A stretch of DNA of 64,000 nucleotides, taken from the NCBI GenBank assembly GCA_963741205.1, contig CAVUHW010000034.1, positions 32,001 through 96,000 of the forward strand, given 5' to 3'. Made by a program: the position numbers and the translations under genes. Numbering within the stretch: position 1 is the first letter of the stretch; the number at the start of each line of letters is the position of its first letter. The DNA comes from Nitrospirota bacterium. GTDB lineage: Bacteria > Nitrospirota > UBA9217. Positions 9,687 to 22,067 of this stretch are shown here, piece after piece. The notes below the pieces were generated by a model. It searched no databases. It was given only the letters and a program-made list of their open reading frames with translations, and was not told the DNA's origin.

Positions 9687-12338
9687 ATGAAGCGAAAAAG
9701 ATTTATTAAGAAATTGAGAGCCGTATTACATTTGTCGGCGGTCATCACCGTTATCGTAAGCATCATGTTGCCGGGCGGCGCCGTGTGGGCGATAAATGCT
9801 GTTCAGCCGCTCAGCAAGGTCGAGAACCCCGTGTTGAGCGACCTCCCAGGAACACCGGGGAGAGTGGTTGTAACGGGAAGTGGATTAACCGCGGCGAATA
9901 CGCTTCCCCCCAATATGCACATTCCCGTGCAGCTTGCACCGTATATCAAGGACATGAACGCCGCCATCACGTTGGGGAAGGCCCTTTTCTGGGACATGCA
10001 GGTGGGAAGCGACGGGGCCACGGCCTGCGCCACGTGCCATCATAGGGCAGGCGTGGACCCGATCAAGCATGCGGAGGACGCGGACTCCATCAGGGACCAG
10101 AACGAGCTCAACCCGGGGTCTGACGGCAAATTCGATGCCGTGAGTCCGCTTACAAACGCCACGATTCTGGCTAATTCAAAATTGTCGCCGGGCGATTTCA
10201 ACTTCACCGCAGGCATTTGCGTCTCGGGCGGCGGAGGATGCACCCGCGTGCCTGCACCTGCCATTCCGAACGCATTTACGTTGATCCCTGGAACGACCGG
10301 ATTTGACGACGTCGTCGGATCTCAGGGCGTTGTCAAAATAGATATGGACACTGCACAGCCGAACGGCGGCATTGTAGTCGGCTCGCGTAAGGATGCGGGA
10401 AAGGCTCCGCTCACGCCGGAGGCGACGTTTGTTTCAGGCGGGGTAAACGTCCGCCAGGTGACGGGACGCAACACGCCGCCGACGATCAACGCGGTTTTCA
10501 ATTTTGACAACTTCTGGGACGGAAGGGCAAACCATATATTCAACGGCAATAACCCGATCGGCGCGATGGACACCGGCGCGGCCGGCATCTGGCGCACCGC
10601 GGGGATACTGGGACTGGATGCGACCCTGGTGAACGAGAAGGTCGCTATACCGAATGCCAGTCTCGCCTCACAGTCTGTTGGTCCGCCCCTGAGCTCGGTT
10701 GAGATGTCCTACAACGGCCGCAGCTTCCCCCAGCTCGGCAAGAAGATGCTCAATCTCACCCCGCTCGGGATCCAGACGGTGAGCCCCACTGACAGCGTGC
10801 TGGGACCGCTCTCGAATTTCGCCAGCGGCGGGCGGGGCCTCAATACGACGTACACCAAGATGATCCAGGCGGCGTTCGTTGATTCCCTGTGGAACTCGGG
10901 CCAGAGCACTCCGGCCGGGTACCCCAGATGGAGGCCAATTTCTCGCTCTTCTGGGGCCTGTCCATCATGTGTTACGAGGCCACGCTCGTGTCCGACCAGA
11001 CGCCGTTCGACAAGTTCCTGGGTAAGGCGGCTGCCGACCCGCTGCCTACGGTGGTCAGCGTCACGGGTTTCATCAGTGGGAACCCGGCTCCCGCTACCGG
11101 AAATGCCAATGCCGGTTTCGGCGAATTTAAGGGCAATTGCGATTCATGCCATTCCGACACCGAGATGACGACGGCATCGGTTTTCAATATCATGGGCAAT
11201 ATGTCGCTACGAACCGTCGTTATTAGTACCGCCGGCACAGCCACTGCTCCGGCTAAACCCGGCAAACAATCCCAACGGCGTCGACTGAATACGGCCTTCG
11301 CGAGAACAGCCGGCGCAACCGACACGGGTTTTGCCAATATCGGTGTAAGGTCTACCAATGAAGACGTGGGCAGGGGAGCGGCCTCACCCAACTTCCCGTT
11401 CCCGCTCTCACTGGCTGTGCAGGCATCGACAGGGAGTATCCCCCCTGCTATCGTGACACCGGCGGGAACCGTCCCGCAGTAGTCGCGGCGGGCGTTGCGT
11501 GAGACGACGTAATCCAGGTGAACGCTTCCTTTAAGGTCCCGAGTATCCGCAACATCGAACTGACCGGCCCCTACTTCCATAACGGCAGTGTCGATCGCCT
11601 GGGCGATGTGGTGGATCTCTACGCCACAGGCGGGTTCTTCCAAAACGCGGAACTGGCTACCCAGGTGAACGGCAAAATAGCCCCGAACAAGAACGATCTG
11701 GTGGCCTTCATGCTGCAGCTTACCGACCCGCGCGTAAAGGCTGAGACGGCGCCCTTCGACCATCCGGAGCTCATCATTCCGAACGGCGGACCGGAAGTGT
11801 CGGCATAACATGCTCAGGATTCGCGGCAAAGGACGCGGCCGGCGCCAAGGTCTCTTCCGCCCGCCGCCGTAACAGCGTGCTGCAACGGGTAACAGCACCA
11901 AGATGACCATAAGCGGCACGAAGGAAGCCGGCGCTGACGTGACCATCTCGATCAACGGCGGTCCTGCGATTACACCCGATACGGTTGGTGATACCACGTG
12001 GAGCGCCACGGTTACCGGGCTCAAGGCAGGTGCTAACACCATCGCCGTTACCGCAAACCCCATTGCGCCGCTTCCTACGGCGGTCTCGAATACGGCGAGT
12101 GCGGCCGTGAACGTGGCCTTCCCCAGCGGGGTTATATCAGGCGGAAGCTCGATCTCTGTTAATGACGCCCTCAAGTCGCTGAAGATCGCGCTCGGAATTG
12201 TTCAGCCGACAGACATCGACAAGGTGAATCGGGGACGTGGCGCCTCTAATCAACGGCCTGCCGGCTCCGGACGGCAAGTTGGACCTGGCTGACGTGGTCG
12301 TGACCTTGAGAAAAGCGGTTGGTTTGGAGAATTTCTAG
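9687..12338 (+). CDS. Large exported di-heme cytochrome c peroxidase/MauG-superfamily protein with C-terminal Ig-like and dockerin-like domains (several frameshifts)
   Basis: Signal peptide; LGKALFWDMQVGSDG, CATCH, NFWDGRA, CDSCH, FKVPSIRNIELTGPYFHNG, APFDHPEL; then ISGTKEAGADVTISING Ig-like segment and ...GDVAPLINGLPAPDGKLDLADVVVTLRKAVGLENF* read across the shift near 12230. Confidence 0.82.
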
Positions 12339-12367
12339 GACTGACAGATTATAAAAAGGAGACTGCT

Positions 12368-12904
12368 ATGAAAAAAAGAATATTAATAGTACTGGGAATG
12401 TTTATGACACTGTGGGCACTGACGGCCTGCGGCCATAAAAGCAGTTCTACACCTGTAGAGACGCCGCCACCGCCTGCGGCCCCGACCAGCGGATCGGTTA
12501 AACTAAGCGCCACGGGCGCGGGATCGATCGGCGGGCTTGACTTGATGATCAACCTTCCCGCGGGGGTGACGGTGACAACTGCCGACCAAACCACGGGAGA
12601 GGTTGCGGCGGGCGTTGTTTCTGCGTCCGGTGTTGCTGCGGGCGCCAATACACTGGCTGATGCGAAATTCATCCCTGAAACCGCTACAACACCCGCACAA
12701 CTTCATATTGTGATGGTAAACCCGAGCGGCTTCGGCGAGGGCGAGGTCATCACGATCAAGTTCAACATTGCGCAGGACGCCACGTTCCCCACTGACAAGA
12801 GCGCGTTCTCCGCGACCGTCAACAGCGCCGTGGCCGCCGACAACAACAGCACCGCGCTCACAGGAGTCACTATTGCTGCGACTACAGTGGCGGCGGACAA
12901 ATAG
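12368..12904 (+). CDS. Lipoprotein with predicted beta-sandwich (cohesin-like) domain
   Basis: Lipobox LTAC, Pro-rich linker, then alternating beta-strand pattern (IGGLDLMINLPAGVTV ... LHIVMVNPSGFGEGEVITIKFNI). Cohesin assignment is inference. Confidence 0.65.
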   Translation: MKKRILIVLGMFMTLWALTACGHKSSSTPVETPPPPAAPTSGSVKLSATGAGSIGGLDLMINLPAGVTVTTADQTTGEVAAGVVSASGVAAGANTLADAKFIPETATTPAQLHIVMVNPSGFGEGEVITIKFNIAQDATFPTDKSAFSATVNSAVAADNNSTALTGVTIAATTVAADK

Positions 12905-12939
12905 GTAGAAAGTAACACGCGAATAAGCCTTCCACAGAG

Positions 12940-12983
12940 AAGCGATGGGCGGCGCCCAAGGACAATGCCCATCGCTTTCATTT
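12940..12983 (+). terminator. Probable terminator of the peroxidase-lipoprotein operon
   Basis: aagcgatgggc ... gcccatcgctt stem followed by a T-rich tail. Confidence 0.6.
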
Positions 12984-13083
12984 GAGAAATTGAGGACATC
13001 TGAGGCCAAAGATCAGGCGGGGTCCCGCGCTGGGGAGAACTGTCCCGAGGCGTCGACTGAAGAGCGAGAGAGAAGGTAGCGAG

Positions 13084-13260
13084 ATGAACTGCTCTCATTT
13101 AATCGGAAAACAGATTCTTACTTGTACGGCAAGCGGCGGTGTTTATGTGCCGAGCATTTTTGAGCTCGAGCGGTACTGCCGCGACGAGAAGTTCAACGAG
13201 TGTCCGTTTCTTTATGAAGTGAATTTACGTGAAACTCATCCACTCTACAACTCAAACGGG
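13084..13260 (+). CDS. Small Cys-rich hypothetical protein (3' end uncertain)
   Basis: MNCSHL...TCTA...YVPSIFELERYC...ECPFL with four spaced Cys; the ORF track runs it into the pgi start. Confidence 0.5.
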
Positions 13261-13269
13261 AGAAAAACG

Positions 13270-14355
13270 ATGACAAACGCGGGGAACAACAAAGACGCTG
13301 ACGTTGAAGGAGAGGCCGGCGTGGAAGGCGCTTGCGGGTCATCACCAGCAGATCCGCAAGGCGCATCTGCGGTCCCTTTTCGCCGGCGATGCGCGGCTGG
13401 GTGAGCGGCTTGCAGCGGAAGGCGCCGGCATATATCTCGATTACTCGAAGAACCGCGTAACGGATGATACGACCCGGCTTCTTGTCCGGCTCGCGGTCGA
13501 ATGCGGCCTCCGGGAGGGCATCGACGCCATGTTCAGAGGCAAACGGATCAACGTGACGGAGGACCGGGCCGTCCTGCATATCGCCCTGCGGGCGCCGAGG
13601 GGAGAGCGGATTATCGCAGACGGCGTCGATGTCGTGCCGGAGGTTCACGCAGTTTTAGACAGGATGGCGGCATTCTCCGAACAGGTTCGAAGAGGCCAGT
13701 GGCGGGGCCACAGCGGAAAACCCATCAAGAGCGTCGTGAACATCGGCATCGGAGGGTCCGATCTCGGCCCGGTCATGGCTTACGAGGCGCTGAAGCACTA
13801 CAGCAAGCGGGACATGACCTTCCGTTTCGTCTCGAACGTGGACGGGACGGACTTCGCGGAGGCTGTGCGCGACCTTGATCCGGAAGAGACGCTGTTCATC
13901 GTTTCCTCGAAGACCTTCACGACCATCGAGACGATGACCAACGCCCGCTCCGCGCGGGCGTGGACGCTGAATAAGCTGCGTTCCGAAGAGGCGATAGCCC
14001 GGCACTTCGTAGCGGTCTCGACCAACGCGGAAGAGGTTTCGAAGTTCGGGATCGATACGTCGAACATGTTCGGATTCTGGAACTGGGTCGGCGGCCGCTA
14101 CTCGATGGAATCCGCAATCGGGCTGTCAACCATGATCGCCATCGGACCCGAGAATTTCCACGCCATGCTCGCCGGCTTTCATGCGATGGATGAACACTTC
14201 CGCACCGCTCCGTTCGAGAGCAACCTGCCCGTTCTCATGGGGCTTCTCTCGGTCTGGAACAGTAATTTTTTCGGAGCGCAAACCACGGCGGTTTTGCCTT
14301 ACGACCAATACCTCAAGCGTTTTCCCGCCTATCTCCAGCAGCTGGCCATGGAGAG
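13270..14355 (+). pseudogene. pgi: Glucose-6-phosphate isomerase, C-terminal part missing
   Basis: [22 protein letters not shown] and VGGRYS motifs; similarity stops after QQLAMES. Confidence 0.85.
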
Positions 14356-15066
14356 CAGATCGTCGGAGATGAGATCCGGTTGCTCTTTGAAAGCGACCAG
14401 TCAGAGGACGAGATCATCTGCGACAAAGTCCTGGTTGCCATAGGACGGCGCGCCTGCGTTAAGGGGCTCGGCCTCGATGAAATCGGGGTGAAGATTGATG
14501 ACAAGACAGGACTGGTCCAGGTCGACGAATGTCTTCGCACCAATGTTCCCAACGTATACGCGATCGGCGATCTGACCCCCGGCCCCCAGGTGGCGCAGAA
14601 GGCCTTTTCGGAAGGAGTCGCTGTGGCAGAAACGATAGCGGGCATACCCACGTGCGTGGATCTTAACTTTATACCGACGGTGGTATATACTATACCCGAG
14701 GTGGCCTGTCTCGGATTGAATGAGGAAGAACTCAAGGCCCGCAACATGGATTACGTCATCGGAACCCATCCCTTTGCATTTACCGGACGCGCGCGCAGCT
14801 TGGGAATGACGGAAGGTCTGGCAAAGGTCCTCGTGGACCCGAAAACCGACGATATTCTGGGCATCCACATCATCGGTCCCAATGCCATAGATATGATCGG
14901 CGAATGTTCACTCTGCATGCAGCTTAAGGCAAAGTCGTCCGACTTCGCGAGAAGCCTCCACGGGCATCCCGCCTTTGCGGAAGCCCTGCATGAGGCCTTC
15001 GTATCAGTGCATCTGAAGAAAACAACGGTAGGCGCTGCCAAGGCGGGCGCAGGCGCCGCCGCTTAA
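14353..15066 (+). pseudogene. lpd: Dihydrolipoamide dehydrogenase, C-terminal half only
   Basis: [31 protein letters not shown] and HGHPAFAE; N-terminal FAD/CxxxxC region absent. Confidence 0.75.
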
Positions 15067-15088
15067 AAAACGTTCAAGGAGGTTTATT

Positions 15089-16036
15089 ATGAAACTCGGA
15101 TATATCGGCTTGGGCAAGATGGGCTTCAATATGGCTGAACTGCTTCTGGAGAAAGGGCACAGGGTAGTAGCCTACAACAGGAGCCCTGACCCGGTGAAAA
15201 GACTCGCGGAACGGGGGGCAGAGCCGGCGGACTCGATAAGGTCGCTCGTGGCGGCCCTGGAGAAGCCGAGGATTGTTTGGATCATGGTCCCCCATCAGGT
15301 CGTCGACGACATGCTGAAGGAACTCTCGCCGCTGCTCGCAAAAGGCGACACGGTCATAGACGGGGGCAATTCTCCGTACAAGGAATCGATGCGCCGCGCC
15401 AGGGAACTGGAGGCAAAGGGGATCGACTTTCTCGACGCGGGGGTGAGCGGAGGGCCGCGAGGGGCGCGCAACGGCGCGTGCATCATGGTCGGAGGCAAAG
15501 AGAATGTATTCCGGAGGCACGAACAGCTTTTCCGGGACGCAACGGTTGCGCAAGGGTATGCCTACTTCGGCTCGGCCGGGGCCGGCCATTTCGTCAAGAT
15601 GGTCCACAACGGGATCGAATACGGCATGATGCAGGCCCTGGCCGAGGGCTTCGCGGTCATGAAGGCGTCGCCGTTCAATCTGGACCTCGCAAAAGTAGCC
15701 GACCTCTACAACCACCGCAGCGTGATCGAGTCGCGGCTCGTCGGCTGGCTCAAGGACGCCTATGAACAGTACAGCGCGGAACTTTCCGGCATCTCCGGCT
15801 CAGCCGCACAGAGCGGGGAAGGGCTGTGGACCGTGGAAGCGGCGAAGGAGTTCGGCGTACCCGCGCCGATCATCGAGGGCTCGCTGGAGTTTCGCCTCCA
15901 GTCGCAGAAAAATCCGAGCTATACGGGAAAGATCATCTCCGCCCTCCGGAACCAGTTCGGAGGACATGAGGCAAAGGAGAAGAAGGAACAAGCGCCGGGC
16001 GGAGAGGGACGCGGAAAAAAGGAGCGATCACCGTGA
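15089..16036 (+). CDS. gnd: Decarboxylating 6-phosphogluconate dehydrogenase (short type)
   Basis: IGLGKMG, IDGGNS, DAGVSGG, KMVHNGIEYG and LRNQFGGH motifs. Confidence 0.92.
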   Translation: MKLGYIGLGKMGFNMAELLLEKGHRVVAYNRSPDPVKRLAERGAEPADSIRSLVAALEKPRIVWIMVPHQVVDDMLKELSPLLAKGDTVIDGGNSPYKESMRRARELEAKGIDFLDAGVSGGPRGARNGACIMVGGKENVFRRHEQLFRDATVAQGYAYFGSAGAGHFVKMVHNGIEYGMMQALAEGFAVMKASPFNLDLAKVADLYNHRSVIESRLVGWLKDAYEQYSAELSGISGSAAQSGEGLWTVEAAKEFGVPAPIIEGSLEFRLQSQKNPSYTGKIISALRNQFGGHEAKEKKEQAPGGEGRGKKERSP

Positions 16037-16188
16037 AACTAAAAGACTTGAAAACGAGAATATTTCTCGACGGCGGAGACCCCGAAGAAACCAGGTCGCT
16101 CATGCGGTTTTTAGGTTTTCTCGACGGCCAGACCACGAATCAGACGCTGATAGCCAAAAACCCCGAGGCCCGTAAACGGCTTGAGGTT
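16033..16188 (+). pseudogene. tal: Transaldolase N-terminal fragment ending at a MITE
   Basis: IFLDGGDP...LDGQTTN.TLIAK (FLD/TTNP motifs); follows gnd. Confidence 0.7.
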
Positions 16189-16320
16189 GATAAAGTCGTA
16201 AGAAGTCGTTTTCACCACGGAGTCACGGAGGGCACGAAGGAAAAGTCTTTTAATATCAATAACGAATTTCTCCGTGTCTCTGCGCCTCCGTGGTAGATTT
16301 TGACTTCTTACGAGACTATC
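16189..16320. mobile_element. MITE with 19-bp imperfect TIRs and an apparent 6-bp target duplication
   Basis: GATAAAGTCGTAAGAAGTC / GACTTCTTACGAGACTATC; flanks GAGGTT and AAGGTT; internal inverted CACGGAG/CTCCGTG repeats. Confidence 0.75.
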
Positions 16321-16483
16321 AAGGTTCATCAAAATATTTGTGTTATCTGCGTAATCTGCGTTTATCCGCGTCCAACTGCCGTTTTCAGGACAACAGAATT
16401 TGGCTCATCAGGAGATGTATTCCGACGTCGATAGCGGTCGTCGTACGAGTCGGAGCAGGATCCTCGGGGGCCGGGGGTGCGTC

Positions 16484-17737
16484 ATGATCCAGCCAGAACA
16501 GCCCGAGGCCGAGCGGTCGAAAGAGTCCCGGCGCCCGGCATTTCATTTTAACAAATCGCTTTCGACTATCGCCGCCGTGGCGATCGCCGTTATCGGCGTA
16601 TGGCTCCTTTACCGCCTGTTGCCGGTCTTCCTGGTACTGGTCATGGCGCTTTTCATCGTGAGCACGATGAATCCGGCGGTCAGCTGGTTTAAGGCCTGCG
16701 GCGTGAAAAGAGGAGCGGCCATCGCAATCCTCTTCACGTCCCTCTTGATCGTCATCAGCTTCATTTCCATCCTGACGGTCCCGGTGCTCCTGGCCCAGGC
16801 GACGGACCTGCTCAGGCAGGCCCCCACGTTGCAGGCCCGCCTCGAGGCCTATCTCAGCGGGTCCCCGTTGACGGAGCCGTTCGCGGACGCGCTTCACAAC
16901 ATACGCACCGACGCACTGGTGAAGACGTACGCGGCAAACGCGGTAGCCTATTCGTCCCGTATAGCCGAATTCATCGCCTACAGCGTGAGCGCGGTCTTCC
17001 TCGCCCTGTACTTCCTGATCGACCGGGACCGCCTGCGCGGCGGGCTGTACGCCGTGGTGCCCCGTTCGCAGCATCTGCGCCTTGCCCGCATCCTGATGAA
17101 CCTGGATACGATCGTCGGAAGTTATCTCCGTGGTCAGATGGTCCTTTCCGTGCTCATGACCGCTTTCGTATTGGTGATCCTGACAGTCAACGGGCTGCCG
17201 AATGCACTGGCGATTGCGGTGTTTGCCGGCCTCGCGGACGTCCTGCCGTATCTCGGCGTCTTCCTCTCGACCGGCCCCGTGGTCGTCGCAGCCTCCGCCC
17301 GGGGCCCCGCCGTTTCCTTCGCCGTACTGGCGCTGATGCTCGCATACGAGGAGTTTGAGAGCCGCGTGCTCGTGCCCCGGATCTACGGCCGCGAGCTGCG
17401 TTTACCCTCATCCGTGGTGTTGCTTGCGATCCTTGCGGGAGGAGCGACAATGGGGATCGTAGGGATGATCCTCGCGCTGCCGGTAGCTGCCTCGGTGAGG
17501 ATGCTCATCGATGAACTGCAGGTCGAACTGCCCGGCGAGCCGGAACACATCAGATTTTCGGAGCGAAGAAAGCAGAGGGACGAACACGCCGAACAGGAGT
17601 ACCACCGGCGTGCGGGAGATATGCCTGCCGTGCAGGCCGCGGCCGTAGCCGTAGAGATATCGCGGGAACTGCGCAAGAGAGAAAAGGACGACGTTCTGAA
17701 AGAGATGCAAAAGACGGCCGCTCGTACTGATGAGTAG
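16484..17737 (+). CDS. AI-2E family transporter
   Basis: Multi-TM; YLRGQ, VLPYLG, ESRVLVPRIYG and GMILALP motifs. Confidence 0.88.
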   Translation: MIQPEQPEAERSKESRRPAFHFNKSLSTIAAVAIAVIGVWLLYRLLPVFLVLVMALFIVSTMNPAVSWFKACGVKRGAAIAILFTSLLIVISFISILTVPVLLAQATDLLRQAPTLQARLEAYLSGSPLTEPFADALHNIRTDALVKTYAANAVAYSSRIAEFIAYSVSAVFLALYFLIDRDRLRGGLYAVVPRSQHLRLARILMNLDTIVGSYLRGQMVLSVLMTAFVLVILTVNGLPNALAIAVFAGLADVLPYLGVFLSTGPVVVAASARGPAVSFAVLALMLAYEEFESRVLVPRIYGRELRLPSSVVLLAILAGGATMGIVGMILALPVAASVRMLIDELQVELPGEPEHIRFSERRKQRDEHAEQEYHRRAGDMPAVQAAAVAVEISRELRKREKDDVLKEMQKTAARTDE

Positions 17738-17773
17738 ATCGCATGATGCCGCAGTCGCGGCGAGGGGGGCAAC

Positions 17774-18019
17774 GTGAAACAATTTGTCATGGACACGAAC
17801 GTGAACGACGCGACGATCGTGCGCTCGATGATAGAACTGGCGCATAATCTGGGGTTAAAAGTCACGGCAGAGGTCGTCGAAACCGATGGGATCTGGAAGA
17901 TGCTGAAATCGTCGGGGTGCGACCTGGCCCAGGGATACCTGATGGGCAAGCCAATGCCGATCAACGGGCTTGTTCGATGGGCCAGGGAATCACGGTGGGG
18001 CCGGGAGAAGGCGTCATGA
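17774..18019 (+). pseudogene. EAL domain C-terminal fragment
   Basis: IVRSMIELAHNLGLKVTAE.VET and GCDLAQGYLMGKP; N-terminal part absent. Confidence 0.75.
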
Positions 18020-18089
18020 CGTTTTCTCATAAGGCTTAAAAAAATCTTCTCGATTGATGCGTTCGGAAGTGATACTATCGGGTGTTGCC

Positions 18090-19639
18090 ATGTCCCATCG
18101 CTCAAACAGAAAAATGAATCTGTACACGCTGAGTTTTTCCGGCGACATCGAGCAGGCTTTTCTCGACGATTATTACCGGAAGTCCTGAAGCAGGTTCGGA
18201 TTGCCCTGACGCTGGCGCTGATCCTGTATTGCACGGCCGGCTTGAAGGACGGCTGGATAGCGCCCGAGGCGAAATCCAGCCTGGCGTTCATCCGTTATGC
18301 GATCTTTTCTCCCTTTCTCGTCGGGGTCCTTCTATTTTCCTTTTCCGGACAATTCAGAAAATACCATCAACTGTGCCTCAGCCTGGTCCTGCTCCTGGGA
18401 GGGCTGAGCGTGGTTGCCATGAACGTTGTCGCTCCCGACCGGGGAAATTACGTGTTGCCGGCCGGCATCATGCTTTTTCTCATGTCCCCCTCGTTTCTGA
18501 GGCTCCGGTTCGTGCATACCTTCGTCGCTTCCTGGCTCCTGATCGCCGGCTATGAGATTGTCGCGCTTCGTCTGCTCAATATGCCGTCCCCGCTGCTGCT
18601 CACCAATAACGTCTATCTTATTACGGCGAACCTGATCGCGTTATTAACGTCCTATCTTCTTGAACTCTACGCGCGAAAAGACTATCTGCAGCAGGGAGAG
18701 CAGCGAATCGCATCGGCCGTTTTCAACAGCACGACGGACGGAATCATTGTAACCGACGCGGCCGGCGCGATCCAGTCGGTCAACGCCGCCTTCGAGCGGA
18801 TCACCGGTTACAACTCTGTTGAGGTCAAAGGAAAGACCCCGCGGATCCTTCAGTCGGGCTTGCAGGATAAGGACTTCTATGAGGGAATGTGGAAGGTATT
18901 GCTGGAGACGGGAACCTGGAAAGGCAAATTCTGGAACAAGCGAAAAAACGGCGAGCTCTATCCCCAGGAAACGACGATCAACGCGATCAAAAACGACCGC
19001 GGAGAAACCGTGCAGTACAGCGGCATTCTGAGAGACGTCACGGAACAGGAGAAACTTGAAGAGACGCTGCGCATGCTTTCTTCAACCGACGGCCTCACGG
19101 GACTGGCGAACCGCCGCTCATTTGACGAAGCGATAAGGGAGGAGTGGAGGCGCGCGCAAAGGCTCGGTTACCCGATTGCAATTATCATGGCGGACATCGA
19201 TTACTTTAAGAAGTTCAACGATACATACGGCCACGTGGAGGGCGATGAATGCCTGAAAAAGGTCGGCTCTGTGCTTAAAAACGCAGTTCGCCGGGCCGGC
19301 GATCTCGCGGCCCGGTACGGAGGGGAGGAATTCGTCCTCATATTGCCCATGACAGACGCGAAGGAGGTCGCGCAGATAGCTGAGGCCATAAGAAAAAATG
19401 TCGAAGTACTGAAAATACCGCACGAGAGCAGCGATGCCGGCGAGTGCGTCACGCTGAGCATGGGCGCAGTATCCGTAACCCCGCACAGGGACATGTCCGT
19501 AAACGATTTTATCACCCTGGCCGATAAGACCCTTTATGAGGCGAAGAGATCCGGGCGAAACCGCGTGGTGGACCGCTCAGGTCCGGAGTTCAAGGTTCCC
19601 GGTTCTAGGCCGGGAGGTTCAAGGTCGGGAGACGGTTAA
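18090..19639 (+). CDS. Membrane-bound PAS-GGDEF diguanylate cyclase (frameshift near 18185)
   Basis: Several TMs, PAS (NAAFERITGY...NKRKNGELYP), DGLTGLANRR and ARYGGEEF. Confidence 0.88.
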
Positions 19640-19760
19640 TCAGGTTCAAGGCTGCGTAGCGATTCGCGGTTGAGGAATGGATAAGGACGATGATGAACCG
19701 GGGGCCTTCAAAGGGGCCCGGTTCTTTGTTCAGGCGATCGTTCGAGACGACGAACGACGG

Positions 19761-21581
<1,821 letters not shown>

Positions 21582-21815
21582 GCGTTGTTCCTAATCCTTA
21601 GTGCGGAAAGACCGCCTCGTTTCCGTGATCACGTTGCGACGTGCCGTCGAGATGAAGCATCGGAGCCCCATACTCTGACCGGTGATTTCATCGCGAACGG
21701 TCAGTATGTGTGCGGAGCTGGGTTTTATACCACTTATCAGCACGCTTTGTCAACGTAATAATACATCTATGATCATACCTTCGTATGCATGCCGCGGGGC
21801 GTTCTTGCGCTTCGC

Positions 21816-21844
21816 TTGACACCCTCAAGAGACGGTGCTACGTT
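21816..21844 (+). promoter_or_regulatory. sigma70-type promoter
   Basis: TTGACA-17 bp-TACGTT with upstream TG. Confidence 0.5.
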
Positions 21845-21907
21845 TAAAAAGGAGAGAAAAAAGAGTCCCGGAAGGGGTTCGAAAGCGGAAAATACCGCAG
21901 AGGACGC

Positions 21908-22038
21908 GAAAAGCTTTTACAAAGTAGCGCGGGGTGGATGAAAAATTTGCTGTGGTCCTCCCTAACGCAGCAAATTTACGCAGTCCGCCCCCGCTCTTTC
22001 GTGGAGGCTTTTCGGCAGGCTGGCGGTTAAGGACTGCC
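21908..22038 (+). other. Long imperfect rod hairpin plus small hairpin (MITE-like element or structured RNA)
   Basis: Nested pairings gaaaagcttttac/gtggaggcttttc, gcggggtgga/tccgcccccgc and aaatttgctg/cagcaaattt; then ggcag/ctgcc. Confidence 0.5.
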
Positions 22039-22067
22039 TGAATTTCATCAAGGGGTAAACAGAAGAC

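Noticed and set aside
21924-21995. tRNA-like start (CGCGGGGTGGA)
   Set aside because: No D-loop, anticodon arm or TTCRA T-loop; the region folds as a rod.
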